Origin: an uncultured Bacteroidota bacterium
Lineage (GTDB): Bacteria > Bacteroidota > Bacteroidia > Chitinophagales > Chitinophagaceae
Length of the DNA: 64,000 nucleotides
Direction: 5' to 3'
NCBI GenBank assembly: GCA_963812825.1
Contig: CAWEWO010000009.1
Location: 459,087-523,086 of the forward strand
In this document: positions 54,641 through 64,000 of the stretch, in pieces
Layout of the letters: every line of letters begins with the position of its first letter
Position numbering within the stretch: position 1 is the stretch's first letter
The notes under the pieces: model-generated
Told to the model about the DNA's origin: nothing
The model's database searches: none
The model's input: only the letters and a program-made list of their open reading frames with translations
Made by a program: the position numbers and the translations under genes

Positions 54641-57298
54641 ATGAAAAACAAAATCCTCAAAACAGCCGGGATTACCGCGCTCGTACTGCTGACTTTTATA
54701 TTCTCAGCACCTTACCTCTTCAAAGGAAAAATAGTCAGACTTGTAAATGCCCAGATCGATAAAAATCTGAGAGCCCATGTGGTTTTCTCGGACCTGGACA
54801 TTTCCCTGTTCCGTCATTTTCCAAATATTACGGTAGGACTCGAAAATCTCCAGGTGACCTGCGTAGGTGAATTCCAGGGAGACACACTCCTTACAGCGAA
54901 ACAGTTTGATATCGCCTGTGGAATAGGAAGTCTTATTTCCGGAGACAGCATAAAAGTTTATTCCTTCACAGCAGACCAGCCCCGGTTTCACGCACTGATC
55001 CGCAAGAATGGACATTGCAACTGGAAAATAATGAAAGCTGATAAATATGCTGCGGCCAATACTTCTTTTGCCACCCGGCCTTTCGCCCTGGCATTAAAAC
55101 GGTATGCGATACACCAGGGATATACCGACTATGTGGATGAAGGAAAAGATATTCAGGTTGAAATCGTAAATCTCGAACATGAAGGAAAGGGCGATTTTGC
55201 ATCAGAGTTATTTACACTGAATACAAAAACTACTGCTGATGCGATCAATTTCAGTATGCATGGCGCCATCCCCTACCAGGTTACTGCTAAAACCAGCATG
55301 GATCTTTCAATTAATGTTGAAAACAGAACCCATACCTGGTCATTTAACACAGACCAGGTTTCTTTCAATGACCTGAAATTGCATACCGACGGATATGTTC
55401 AGTGGATAAATGACAGCAGTTATAATGTGAATATTAAATACAATACGCCTTCATCAGAATTTAAAAATATCCTTTCGATGCTGCCTTCGGTTTATCAAAG
55501 GGATTTCGCCAGTATTAAATCCAACGGCCAGGCTGCATTCAACGGATTTTTAAAAGGAACCCTCGATGACAAACACTTTCCCGCATATCAGGTAAATCTG
55601 AATATTGAAAATGGTTATTTCAGATACCCCGATCTTCCGATACCTGTCGAGAACATCAACCTTGCCCTGCAGGTTGACAATCCCGATGGTATTGCCGATC
55701 ACAAAACAGTAAATATTTCGAGGGGACATATTGAAATGAATAATGATACCCTTGACTTTCATCTGCTGGTTAAGAACCCGGAAACCAAACCCTATGTTGA
55801 CCTGGCTTTTAACGGATCGCTTGATTTGGCAAATGTGTCAAAACTGATCAAATTGGAATCAGGCACTCAGTTGACTGGTAAATTAAATGCAGACTTATAC
55901 GCAAAGGGAAATATTCCCCAGACAGAAAAACAAAAAAAGGATCAATTCCAGGCCGGGGGTAGTTTCGGCTTAAGCAGCTTTTCAATACCTGTCAAAAACT
56001 TCTCCCGGTGGATTAGCCTTGAATGAATTGCTGGTAAGCTTCAATTCAAAAAATGTTATAATCAATGATTTGAAAGGAGAATATCTCGCTGCTCATTTTA
56101 ATGCCACGGGAGCCCTGCAAAAACTTCTTTGATTTTGCATCTGGGAAATCAGCCCCTGAAGGCTTCGATAGATTTCAAGGCAGATGAACTCGATCTCCGC
56201 GCATGGATGCGGGACAATAACGGTGGTGCACAGGGCACAGCAAAAAGCACTGCTCCATTTGTCGTTCCGAAGTATATCGACTTCACTATAGATGTTCAAA
56301 CCGAAAAACTGCATTATGATAATCTCGATATGCAGAATATAACCGGTAAGCTGGTTATTTCCGACGAAACGGTTCAGTTGCATGAGATAAAAGCCGATGC
56401 GCTCGACGGAACAATAATCATGGATGGCAGCTATTCCACAACGGAAAACAGGGAAAACCCGGATATCTCGATGACCTACGATGCAAAAGGAGTGGATGTC
56501 CAGAAAACATTTTTTGCATTTAATACAGTTCAGAAAATAATGCCCGTGGGCAAGTTCATCTCAGGAAAGATAAATTCGCAGATGAGCCTGAAAGGAAATC
56601 TCGGCGACAATATGATACCGGATCTCCAGAGTATATATGGAGAAGGAACTATTTTCCTGATTGAAGGATCGATGAAGGATTTTGGTCCCCTGGATAAACT
56701 TTCTCAATCCCTTGATATCGCCGAATTGAAGGATATGCCGTTGAAAGACGTCAAAACAGCGTTTTCTTTTAAAGCCGGCAAAGTCAATGTGGCTCCGTTT
56801 CTTGTACACACCGGTGATATTGATATGGCGATTGCCGGTACCCATGGGTTCGACCAGTCACTGGACTACAATATCGAAATGAAAGTGCCGCGCAGCCAGT
56901 TAGGTAACAAGGGTAATTTATTTGTGAAGAATGTGGTTACGCAGGCTGCCGACAAGGGTATTCCTGTACAATTAAAAGATGCGGTCAATTTCAACGCTAA
57001 AATGTGCGGAACGATTAATAGTCCGGATGTAAAAACAGATATGAATTCAGCTGTCGAAAAAGCGGCCGTCGATCTGCAGAAAGAAATGAATGATTTTGTA
57101 AACGCCAAACTGGACAGTGCCAAACAACAGCTGCATAAGCCCGCGACTCCGGCTAAAAAGCCACTGTTTGTGCAAACGAGTAACAAATCAAAATCCCAGT
57201 CAGCGGTGAAAAAGACTTCTAAAACAACCCATAAAACAACGGCTAAAGCGAAGTCCAAAAAAACGAAGAAGAAAACGCGTAAACATTATTCGGCTTAA
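54641..57298 (+). CDS. AsmA family protein; frameshifted
   Basis: N-terminal TM, APYLFKGKI, ISLFRHFP, FRYPDLP, GTHGFDQSLDY; Lys-rich tail. Confidence 0.88.
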
Positions 57299-57384
57299 CA
57301 GAATTATCCGGGATCGTTGAACGGTTCTGGATAAGTTTGATAACCTATTGGTCGTGCTGCATTTGATTAATCATGATTTCCTTT

Positions 57385-57418
57385 AAGCCGGAGATGATTT
57401 CAGATCTCCGGCTTTTCT
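57385..57418 (+). terminator. Intrinsic terminator after asmA-like gene
   Basis: AAGCCGGAGAT-gatttcag-ATCTCCGGCTT-ttct. Confidence 0.7.
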
Positions 57419-57445
57419 ATTTCAATAAATTGAACTTACTGAAAT

Positions 57446-57471
57446 AAAAAAAGGGCCGCTCACAGCAGCCC
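57446..57471 (-). terminator. Intrinsic terminator after DUF6266 gene
   Basis: Minus strand GGGCTGCT-gtg-AGCGGCCC-TTTTTTT. Confidence 0.75.
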
Positions 57472-57506
57472 CAGCCTAACCCAAAGGGTCCATTAGATAT
57501 GTGTGC

Positions 57507-58146
57507 TTACAGAATGTTTACCGGACCAGTGTACAGGCTGGTAGTTACAAACTTCGCATCTGCAGATAAAAACCCGATATAGGTTTGAACTGCTTTGCCG
57601 CTGAATGCAGTTACGTCTAATGTATAACTGCCGGCATTTCTCGGGACACTGTCATGACTCGCGTTCCAATTGCCCAGGTCTTCGCAATAGACCGCCACGA
57701 ATGACTGGTCCGATGCCCTGGCACTTCCTTCATTGCTGTTGTCTTTCCAGCTGAAAGTGATCTTTCCTGTTGATTCAGAGTGGACCGTTGCCTCTTCCAC
57801 GTTCAGCAGATCGCCAACACCCAGTACAAACCTGGAGTAGCTGACTTTAAAATCAGGATAGTCACCATTAATTGCATTGCGCATATTATACGACAATGCC
57901 CGGTTGAAACAGGACATCCGGACAGTAACCGGGTGATAGGTCCTGTTCAGTAACTGCAGTCAGCGGATGAACGAACTGAGTCATCAATGACAACTTCGCC
58001 ATTTGCTTTAACTGGGCTTCAGTAGACTTGCGCCTTTTTCGGGGCGGTCTGCTGCGCATCACTTCGATGCCTTTCCATTGGGTGCCGACCACGGGGCCGA
58101 TCGTCCCTCTGAAACCACCGAGGATGCCATTAACTAGTTTTCCCAT
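57507..58146 (-). CDS. DUF6266 family protein; one frameshift
   Basis: MGKLVNGILGGFRGTIGPVVG..WKGIEVMRSRP, TEAQLKQ, ITFSWKDNS....ARASD, SLYTG. Confidence 0.88.
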
Positions 58147-58389
58147 AATTTGAATTTTTAGGTTTTTAAAATATGGATTTTCTTATGCCGGTGCATGCGC
58201 ATACCGGGCACCGACACCTATTAATACCGGAATCCGGAACCGGGTCACCTGATTTTTTTAAATTTTTTTTCGGCCCTTAAATTGCGTAAATTGAATTAGG
58301 GCCACCTAGAGCCCGAACAGGCCTGAAAATTTGGCATATTTCTTCCCGGCATTCAAAATAAGATCAGAGAAAGGTAGAAAGGCAGAAGT

Positions 58390-58445
58390 GTTCGTATATC
58401 GTTCGTATTTTGTTCGTAGTTTCTTCGCTTAGCTATACGAAGAAC
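58390..58445. repeat. 11-bp-period direct repeats (GTTCGTA x3 plus CTTCG) followed by inverted TACGAA
   Basis: TTCG cores at 58391, 58402, 58413 and 58424; TACGAA at 58436. Confidence 0.75.
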
Positions 58446-58596
58446 GGGCGGTCACTCTACCAACAACGTTTCAAGTTTTACTTATTTTGGCCAGAATGTC
58501 ATAGTGGTTCCCTCCCCTGTTTTTAAGGGAAATGCCTTAGCTTTTATTACGTTCGAACCCGAAGCGTGGGCTTATGAGAACACATACTATTATTTC

Positions 58597-59109
58597 TTAA
58601 TGTTCTTTATTGTATTCTTCTGGAGTAGTCGTTTTAAATGCGATACTATGCCCCTCGGGGTCTTCAAAGTAGACAGGTATTTTACTTGAAATTTGTTTAA
58701 AGTCGCCATCAGCTATCACTGCATGACCGAAGCCACAATCATAATATCCGTCACAAGTTGTCAGAGTCAGAATGTCTTTTAGGAATAAAAATTTCCACTT
58801 GCAACCTTTATCTGAAGAATCAAGTTTAGTATAAAATGTACCATGACCATTTATGATTTTTACCCGACCGTAAAGTGCCCCCAAATTGTAAGATGGAGCT
58901 CCACGATTTACATCTATATAAAATAATATTGTCGTGTCAGTCTCAGGAAAAACTGAAATATTCCCTATCCGTTCTTTTTCTATATCAATCCCATAAGAAT
59001 AAGTACCCGCATATTTCACGGTTATTGGTTTGGATACTTTATACCCAGTCTTCTGTCCGTAAGATAAATGTGACAATAATACTAAGCTAAATATTAACAT
59101 TCGTTTCAT
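58597..59109 (-). CDS. Hypothetical exported protein
   Basis: MKRMLIFSLVLLSHLSYGQ signal; GAPSYNLG, CGFGHAVIADG. Confidence 0.7.
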   Translation of the reverse strand: MKRMLIFSLVLLSHLSYGQKTGYKVSKPITVKYAGTYSYGIDIEKERIGNISVFPETDTTILFYIDVNRGAPSYNLGALYGRVKIINGHGTFYTKLDSSDKGCKWKFLFLKDILTLTTCDGYYDCGFGHAVIADGDFKQISSKIPVYFEDPEGHSIAFKTTTPEEYNKEH

Positions 59110-59159
59110 CGAAAAGCGTCTGTTGTACGACTCAGGTATCTGCGCGTACACTTTTAGTT

Positions 59160-59933
59160 TTATTGAATAGACAGCATGTCAGATTTCATATTTTCCAGTT
59201 GTACAAAAATATCCCATTTCCCTTTTTCAAATATTTCAAAATCGACTTGTTCAGTCTGAAAAGTTAATAGGAGATGAATCGGATACACAACCCCGTACAA
59301 TTTATAAATGTTATTGTAATTGGAACTACGATCATCGGTTACCATGTTTGTGAAAGTACCTGACTGAACCTGAATATCTGTGAGTTTTTGTTTGGGAAGA
59401 GTGTTACTGCGTTTACCAGCATTCGGTGCATCTAATGTTGGTGCATCGTTGAGAATATCATAGACTGTAATGATGATATCGCCCAGAGCGGATCCATGGC
59501 CCGTATGAATGCTTACCTGACTGACCCTGTTGGTCATAGAATTTATGATGTATGGTTTTGACTGGGTTCCCACAAAGGTTCCTTCATGCCAGAATCCGGC
59601 AAACTCACGACTCGTGCTATCAGGGCCGACCAGATGAAGCGTGCCTTTCCCTTCATAAACACCTTTTTTCCATTTGCCATCATACCAACTGCCATTTTTC
59701 CAAATATACTTCCCTGTTCCATCTGGATAACCATTTTTAAATCGTCCGGTATAAGAATTAACACCAATAACAGTTCCCTGGCCATTGGCGAGTCCATTTT
59801 TGCAACCCCCTGTATAAGTTCCCTGTAGCGAATCTGGAATCACTTTGCATTGTTGAGCAAATAAGTTACCAGAGACAAGAAAAAGTAATAAAATGGAGAA
59901 TAGTTGTCGCATTATTATCTTCGAAGTTATCAT
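59160..59933 (-). CDS. MORN-repeat exported protein
   Basis: YTGGCKNGLANGQG, YTGRFKNGYPDGTG, YDGKWKKGVYEGKG. Confidence 0.85.
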   Translation of the reverse strand: MITSKIIMRQLFSILLLFLVSGNLFAQQCKVIPDSLQGTYTGGCKNGLANGQGTVIGVNSYTGRFKNGYPDGTGKYIWKNGSWYDGKWKKGVYEGKGTLHLVGPDSTSREFAGFWHEGTFVGTQSKPYIINSMTNRVSQVSIHTGHGSALGDIIITVYDILNDAPTLDAPNAGKRSNTLPKQKLTDIQVQSGTFTNMVTDDRSSNYNNIYKLYGVVYPIHLLLTFQTEQVDFEIFEKGKWDIFVQLENMKSDMLSIQ

Positions 59934-59965
59934 TTGTTTCTACCATTTAAAACCTGGGGTTTTCC

Positions 59966-60625
59966 TTACAATGCCAACTTTGGGAAGTTTATGTTATTCG
60001 CCATTTTACTAATATCTTTTAAATTGCGCCTATTGATAAAAGCCTTTGTTTCTAATTGACCCGGATTTTCAAAATGAATTCCGTACAAACCAACCTCTTC
60101 TGCGGCTTTGATGTTTTTTAAGTTGTCGTCAATGAAAATAGTGTTACCTGCATTTAGATTGTACCTGTCAAGCAGCAACTGATAAATTTGTTTATCGGGT
60201 TTAATCATCTTCTCTTCACCTGAAACAACTATGCCATCAAACTCTTTAAAAAAAGAAAATCTTTTGTATGCAATGGAGATGGTCTCTGCCGACCAGTTTG
60301 TTAAACCGTAGATCTTATACTTCGTTTTTAATTTGTACAACAGTGATACCGTTTCAGGAATATCGCTTTTAAGCATTGTTTCCCACCTGTCGTAGAAAAG
60401 CTGTATCTGGGAATGAAACTCCGGGAATTTGTTTTGTAGCAGAAGGGTGGCTTCGGCAAGAGAACGTCCCCTGTCCTGTTCAGCATTCCATTCTTCGGTA
60501 CATATATTTTTAAGAAAATGTTCCATTTCGTGTTCATTGCTGAAATGGTTTTTGAATAAATACCTGGGGTTCCAATCAACCAAAACACCTCCAAAGTCAA
60601 ATATTATATTTTCTATTTCCATCAC
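59966..60625 (-). CDS. HAD family phosphatase (3' end possibly shifted)
   Basis: IIFDFGGVL, GLTNW, KPD, FIDD. Confidence 0.93.
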   Translation of the reverse strand: MMEIENIIFDFGGVLVDWNPRYLFKNHFSNEHEMEHFLKNICTEEWNAEQDRGRSLAEATLLLQNKFPEFHSQIQLFYDRWETMLKSDIPETVSLLYKLKTKYKIYGLTNWSAETISIAYKRFSFFKEFDGIVVSGEEKMIKPDKQIYQLLLDRYNLNAGNTIFIDDNLKNIKAAEEVGLYGIHFENPGQLETKAFINRRNLKDISKMANNINFPKLAL

Positions 60626-60631
60626 AAATTT

Positions 60632-61021
60632 TCAGGCTGATACTTCTAAATAATTTCCTTCGGGGTCTAATACAACGCTTTCATAGTAACCATCGCCTGT
60701 GGTTCTTGGTTCACTAAAGATTATATAGCCATCACTTCTCAAAGTTTCAGTAAGTGTATTTACTTTTTCTTTGCCACCAACTGAAATTGTAAAATGAGCG
60801 ATCCCTTTGGTAAATCCTCTTTGTCCGATACTGGGAGCAATATCAGGTTTGTTCATAAGTTCCAGACGGGTTTTGCCTTCGCCGAAATAAATAAAATATG
60901 CAGTGTATTGGTTCTTTTTATTCGTGTATTTTTCTCCTGAAGTAGTTTCAAAATACTTTAAATAAAAAGCTCTCATAGTTTCTAAGTCATCAACCCAGAT
61001 GGCAAGGTGTTCTATTTTCAT
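60632..61021 (-). CDS. VOC family (glyoxalase-like) protein
   Basis: MKIEHLAIWVDDLE, RLELM, PRTTGDGYYESVVLDPEGN. Confidence 0.93.
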   Translation of the reverse strand: MKIEHLAIWVDDLETMRAFYLKYFETTSGEKYTNKKNQYTAYFIYFGEGKTRLELMNKPDIAPSIGQRGFTKGIAHFTISVGGKEKVNTLTETLRSDGYIIFSEPRTTGDGYYESVVLDPEGNYLEVSA

Positions 61022-61272
61022 TTTATACAGTAATTGGTTGAGTAACTAATAAGTAATACTTTATGTTTATGATTTACTCGGTATTGATCTCTCTAAGATC
61101 CAAACCGCGACTGTAAATCAATAATTTAAATAGCAAAGGGGACCAAAAGGAGACTAAATAATTCACATCATCAATTATATGCCACTTTGAGGGTCCAATC
61201 AGTTGACCGTTTTAAATACCATGTGGAAGCGTTGAATTTGTCAAAGATGTGGTATATAAAATCGGAGTTGCA

Positions 61273-62583
61273 TTAGCGTTTTTGAACAAACAGGCTGTTT
61301 TGAATGTCATTTGAGTTGGATAGATTTATGATGCCATTTTTCCAAAAAGCCGGCAATCCAAATGACCCAAGCACATACACTTCATTTTCAAAAACAGAAA
61401 TAGCGTCCGCGGTCGTGCTTACACCGTTAGCTCCATTGGTAAGTTTCACTTCGGTACCGTTTTTCCAATATTTGGCATCAAATACATTGGTGACCATATT
61501 TTTTTCTATCCCAGCTACATAAATATCGTTTCCTGAAATAAATATAGAATTTCCATAAGCAGTATTTGTGCCATCTGAAAGGTTCACCGCTACACCGTTT
61601 TTCCAATATTTCGCAATGTAAACGCTGGTACTTGGATCTTGCACAAAACCGGCAGCATAGACATCATTTCCAGCGACCACAACCGAACTCACATAAGCGA
61701 TGGTTGTTCCATCCGAAAGATTTATTGCAATTCCGTTTTTCCAGATTTTTGCTTGATTTACATTTGCCCCGCTTTGGTTGCTCACTTCAACCCCGCAAAC
61801 ATATACATCGTTACCAGATACCGCAATGCCGGTGGGATAAGCAGGGACAGAGCCGTCCGTAAGTTTTACTTCGATACCATTTTTCCAATAAGCGGCTATG
61901 GATGGAGCAGGAGTAGTAGACGGGGAGAAGTTTTTTTCTACTGCTACGTAAACATCACTACCCGAAACAGTCAGCGCCATTGCCTTACCGTTTGGCTCAT
62001 TGAGCATTACAGAAGTCCCGTTTTTCCAATATTCCGGGACGGTGCCCTTGTTGCCCGCCAGGTAAACATCAGATCCCGAAACTACAATGCAACATGTTGT
62101 ACTAAATGTACTATCTAGAATTACGGGGATTCCGTTTTTCCAGTATTGCGCTACATAATAATTATAGGGAGGAGCATATCCTGAACCGCCTATATAAATA
62201 TCTACAGAATCGGATGATAACAACGTAAAATCTGGTGGAGGTGCAGATATCCCGTTAACGGTTATGACACCTGTAGAATTACCCGCAGGAACAATGACAA
62301 AAAGAGTATCGGATTTTGCCTTTTGAACGCGGGCGGTGATACCGTTAAACTTAACCGTATCCATGGCAGGATTCAAATTAAAGTTAGTACCGATGATTAA
62401 AACCGAATCACCCGGTTTCCCTGTGAGTGGCTTTACGTTGGTGATGGTAATTTTAAGGGGAGGAGGAATTGTTGTATTCATATCCGAACTGTCCTTTTTA
62501 CAGGAGTCAACAAATAGGATTACAACAACTGAAATAAATAGGGATGTAATCGCTTTGGGGGTATTACAGAGACCTTTCATCAC
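61273..62583 (-). CDS. Lipoprotein with IPT/TIG domain and WKNG beta-propeller-like repeats
   Basis: DSCKKD lipobox; GDSVLIIGTNF..VKFNG; repeated VSGxDVYVxG...A.YWKNG units. Confidence 0.85.
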   Translation of the reverse strand: MMKGLCNTPKAITSLFISVVVILFVDSCKKDSSDMNTTIPPPLKITITNVKPLTGKPGDSVLIIGTNFNLNPAMDTVKFNGITARVQKAKSDTLFVIVPAGNSTGVITVNGISAPPPDFTLLSSDSVDIYIGGSGYAPPYNYYVAQYWKNGIPVILDSTFSTTCCIVVSGSDVYLAGNKGTVPEYWKNGTSVMLNEPNGKAMALTVSGSDVYVAVEKNFSPSTTPAPSIAAYWKNGIEVKLTDGSVPAYPTGIAVSGNDVYVCGVEVSNQSGANVNQAKIWKNGIAINLSDGTTIAYVSSVVVAGNDVYAAGFVQDPSTSVYIAKYWKNGVAVNLSDGTNTAYGNSIFISGNDIYVAGIEKNMVTNVFDAKYWKNGTEVKLTNGANGVSTTADAISVFENEVYVLGSFGLPAFWKNGIINLSNSNDIQNSLFVQKR

Positions 62584-63151
62584 TTATATATTTGCGACCT
62601 ACCATATTAAAATTACCCGGTCTATGCGGGATCCCGAAATTGATTTTTAAGAATCTTTTTATTTGTTTTAGTATTAAATAATTATTCCTGGCTTTCAATA
62701 TACACGAAGCGGGGATCTTTACTAAATTCAGTCAGTTCGTCGATTGAACTAATAGATTTCAATAATTATAGACAATTACGAACAATTTTTGCATCGACAG
62801 AAAGACCAGAATAAAATAGATAGCAAACAAGATTCAGCTGTATCCCAGATAGATGCTCGTTTAAATATGCTTCAAAAATATTTAACGGATTCTACTCTAC
62901 ATCTTAAAAAAGATTCCATCCACAATAAATAGTCTGTTTTTTAGGTAATTTTTAATCCCAAGATAAAAAACCCCCATGGCGATACCTGCGGAGTCATGTA
63001 TATTAAAAATGAAAACCCAAAAAATTAAGTCTGATAAATAAATGCCTGGGCAGAATATACCAGCATACAGATCCTTTCCTCAATTCTGATTGTTACCACA
63101 TTCTCCCTCTCATTCGTAGTATTCATAAAAGATAGGTGGATAGAACCGTAG

Positions 63152-64000
63152 CTAGTAACTCATAATGTCTTTAACCAGAGCCCAATTACCAGTGTCTTTT
63201 GACTCCTCTGCGGCCAAACCAATTAAATGCAGGGTTGCCACAACACTTGGGTTTGCAAAGCTTGGATGTCCACTTTGAATGGCATTAAGAAAAGCGGCGA
63301 CTGACTCGTGCATACCGGGCCAGTCTGCGTATGGCTGTATGGCCGGAAAATATTCAATTTTAAATTCAGGCCTGTTCTTCGTTCTTAAATTTAATTCTCC
63401 GGTCAATAAATTTATAAGGATGTCTCCAAGGCTACCAATTATTTCTAATTTTATTGCCAGCGTTTCTATACTATCAATATTCACTTTAAGCTCTCCCCAA
63501 ATTCCACCATAATCATAAAAGCCTGTACTATGACTTTGAAGTCTTCCACTGGTACCGTAGCCATCCATTATCAGCACCCGTTTAGGCGTTGCATCAAGCA
63601 AAACATTAAGTACATGGGCATACCAAACCGACAACCGATGTATATTATTGATATCCTGATCCGGATCAGGTCCCCAGTTAGATTGCAGCCGAATACCAGC
63701 AGATTGGACATTCCCAATAACTTTCTCTTTAATCAATTTAGAAGCCGCTGCAATAACAGGAACGAGAGCAAGTTCCAGGTCAGCATGTGTTATCTGTGGC
63801 GCAGCAACTAATCTTCTTATTAATTCAGGCATTAGTCTCCTTGTATGGGCTATCGGAGGCTCATAGAATACGGGTTTGCCGGAATTCAATGCCGCTGTGA
63901 TCATTTCAGCATGCATTGCATCGGGAACAGCAATCATGACCGCGTCTATTTTTTCAGATTTTAACAGATCCCTGAAGTCGCTGAAAATTTCCACTGAGCT
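63152..64000 (-). CDS. Gfo/Idh/MocA oxidoreductase; 5' end outside window
   Basis: DFRDLL..IDAVMIAVPDAMHAE..ALNSGKPVFYEPP. Confidence 0.85.
   Translation of the reverse strand, partial: SSVEIFSDFRDLLKSEKIDAVMIAVPDAMHAEMITAALNSGKPVFYEPPIAHTRRLMPELIRRLVAAPQITHADLELALVPVIAAASKLIKEKVIGNVQSAGIRLQSNWGPDPDQDINNIHRLSVWYAHVLNVLLDATPKRVLIMDGYGTSGRLQSHSTGFYDYGGIWGELKVNIDSIETLAIKLEIIGSLGDILINLLTGELNLRTKNRPEFKIEYFPAIQPYADWPGMHESVAAFLNAIQSGHPSFANPSVVATLHLIGLAAEESKDTGNWALVKDIMSY

Noticed and set aside
58545-58572. tRNA 3' half / att site (GTTCGAACCC)
   Set aside because: No pairing T-stem, acceptor stem or CCA.
58455-59160. Integron-like attC cassette sites (caacaacgtt at 58461; tgttgtacga at 59121)
   Set aside because: No complementary R'/R'' pair with an intervening palindrome, and no integrase in the window.

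Overview
64 kb of a Bacteroidota chromosome, most likely Chitinophagaceae, judged from gene families, TAnnTTTG-type promoters and the long NagB form. About 60 protein genes are recognisable. I found no rRNA, tRNA, CRISPR array, transposase or integrase. Many genes, including the whole suf operon, are split by single-base frameshifts that look like long-read consensus errors, so I stitched ORF fragments into genes and some ends are approximate. Contents in order: amino-sugar/cell-wall recycling genes (cutC, glycosylasparaginase, CocE/NonD, nagB, namZ); a PAP2-PhyH-SDR lipid trio; a Tat-exported SOD; a TMEM175 channel; sufBCDSE-sufT-Rrf2 with a candidate operator; a Cys-rich ORF ending in HPP upstream of a CxxCxC outer-membrane protein; sugar oxidoreductase genes; a ~13 kb cluster of outer-membrane barrels and phosphoesterases; a secreted six-hairpin glycosidase; TetR-MFS; AsmA; a DUF6266 gene; and an AT-richer accessory tail. 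Best leads for undescribed biology: (1) a 17-bp motif found in five intergenic regions of the outer-membrane cluster around a wHTH-TolB-TPR regulator (candidate new regulon); (2) a CruR/CutF-like metal-sensing leader ORF; (3) an 11-bp-phased TTCG repeat array upstream of DUF6266; (4) stop-codon-anchored octamer/heptamer intergenic repeat cassettes.
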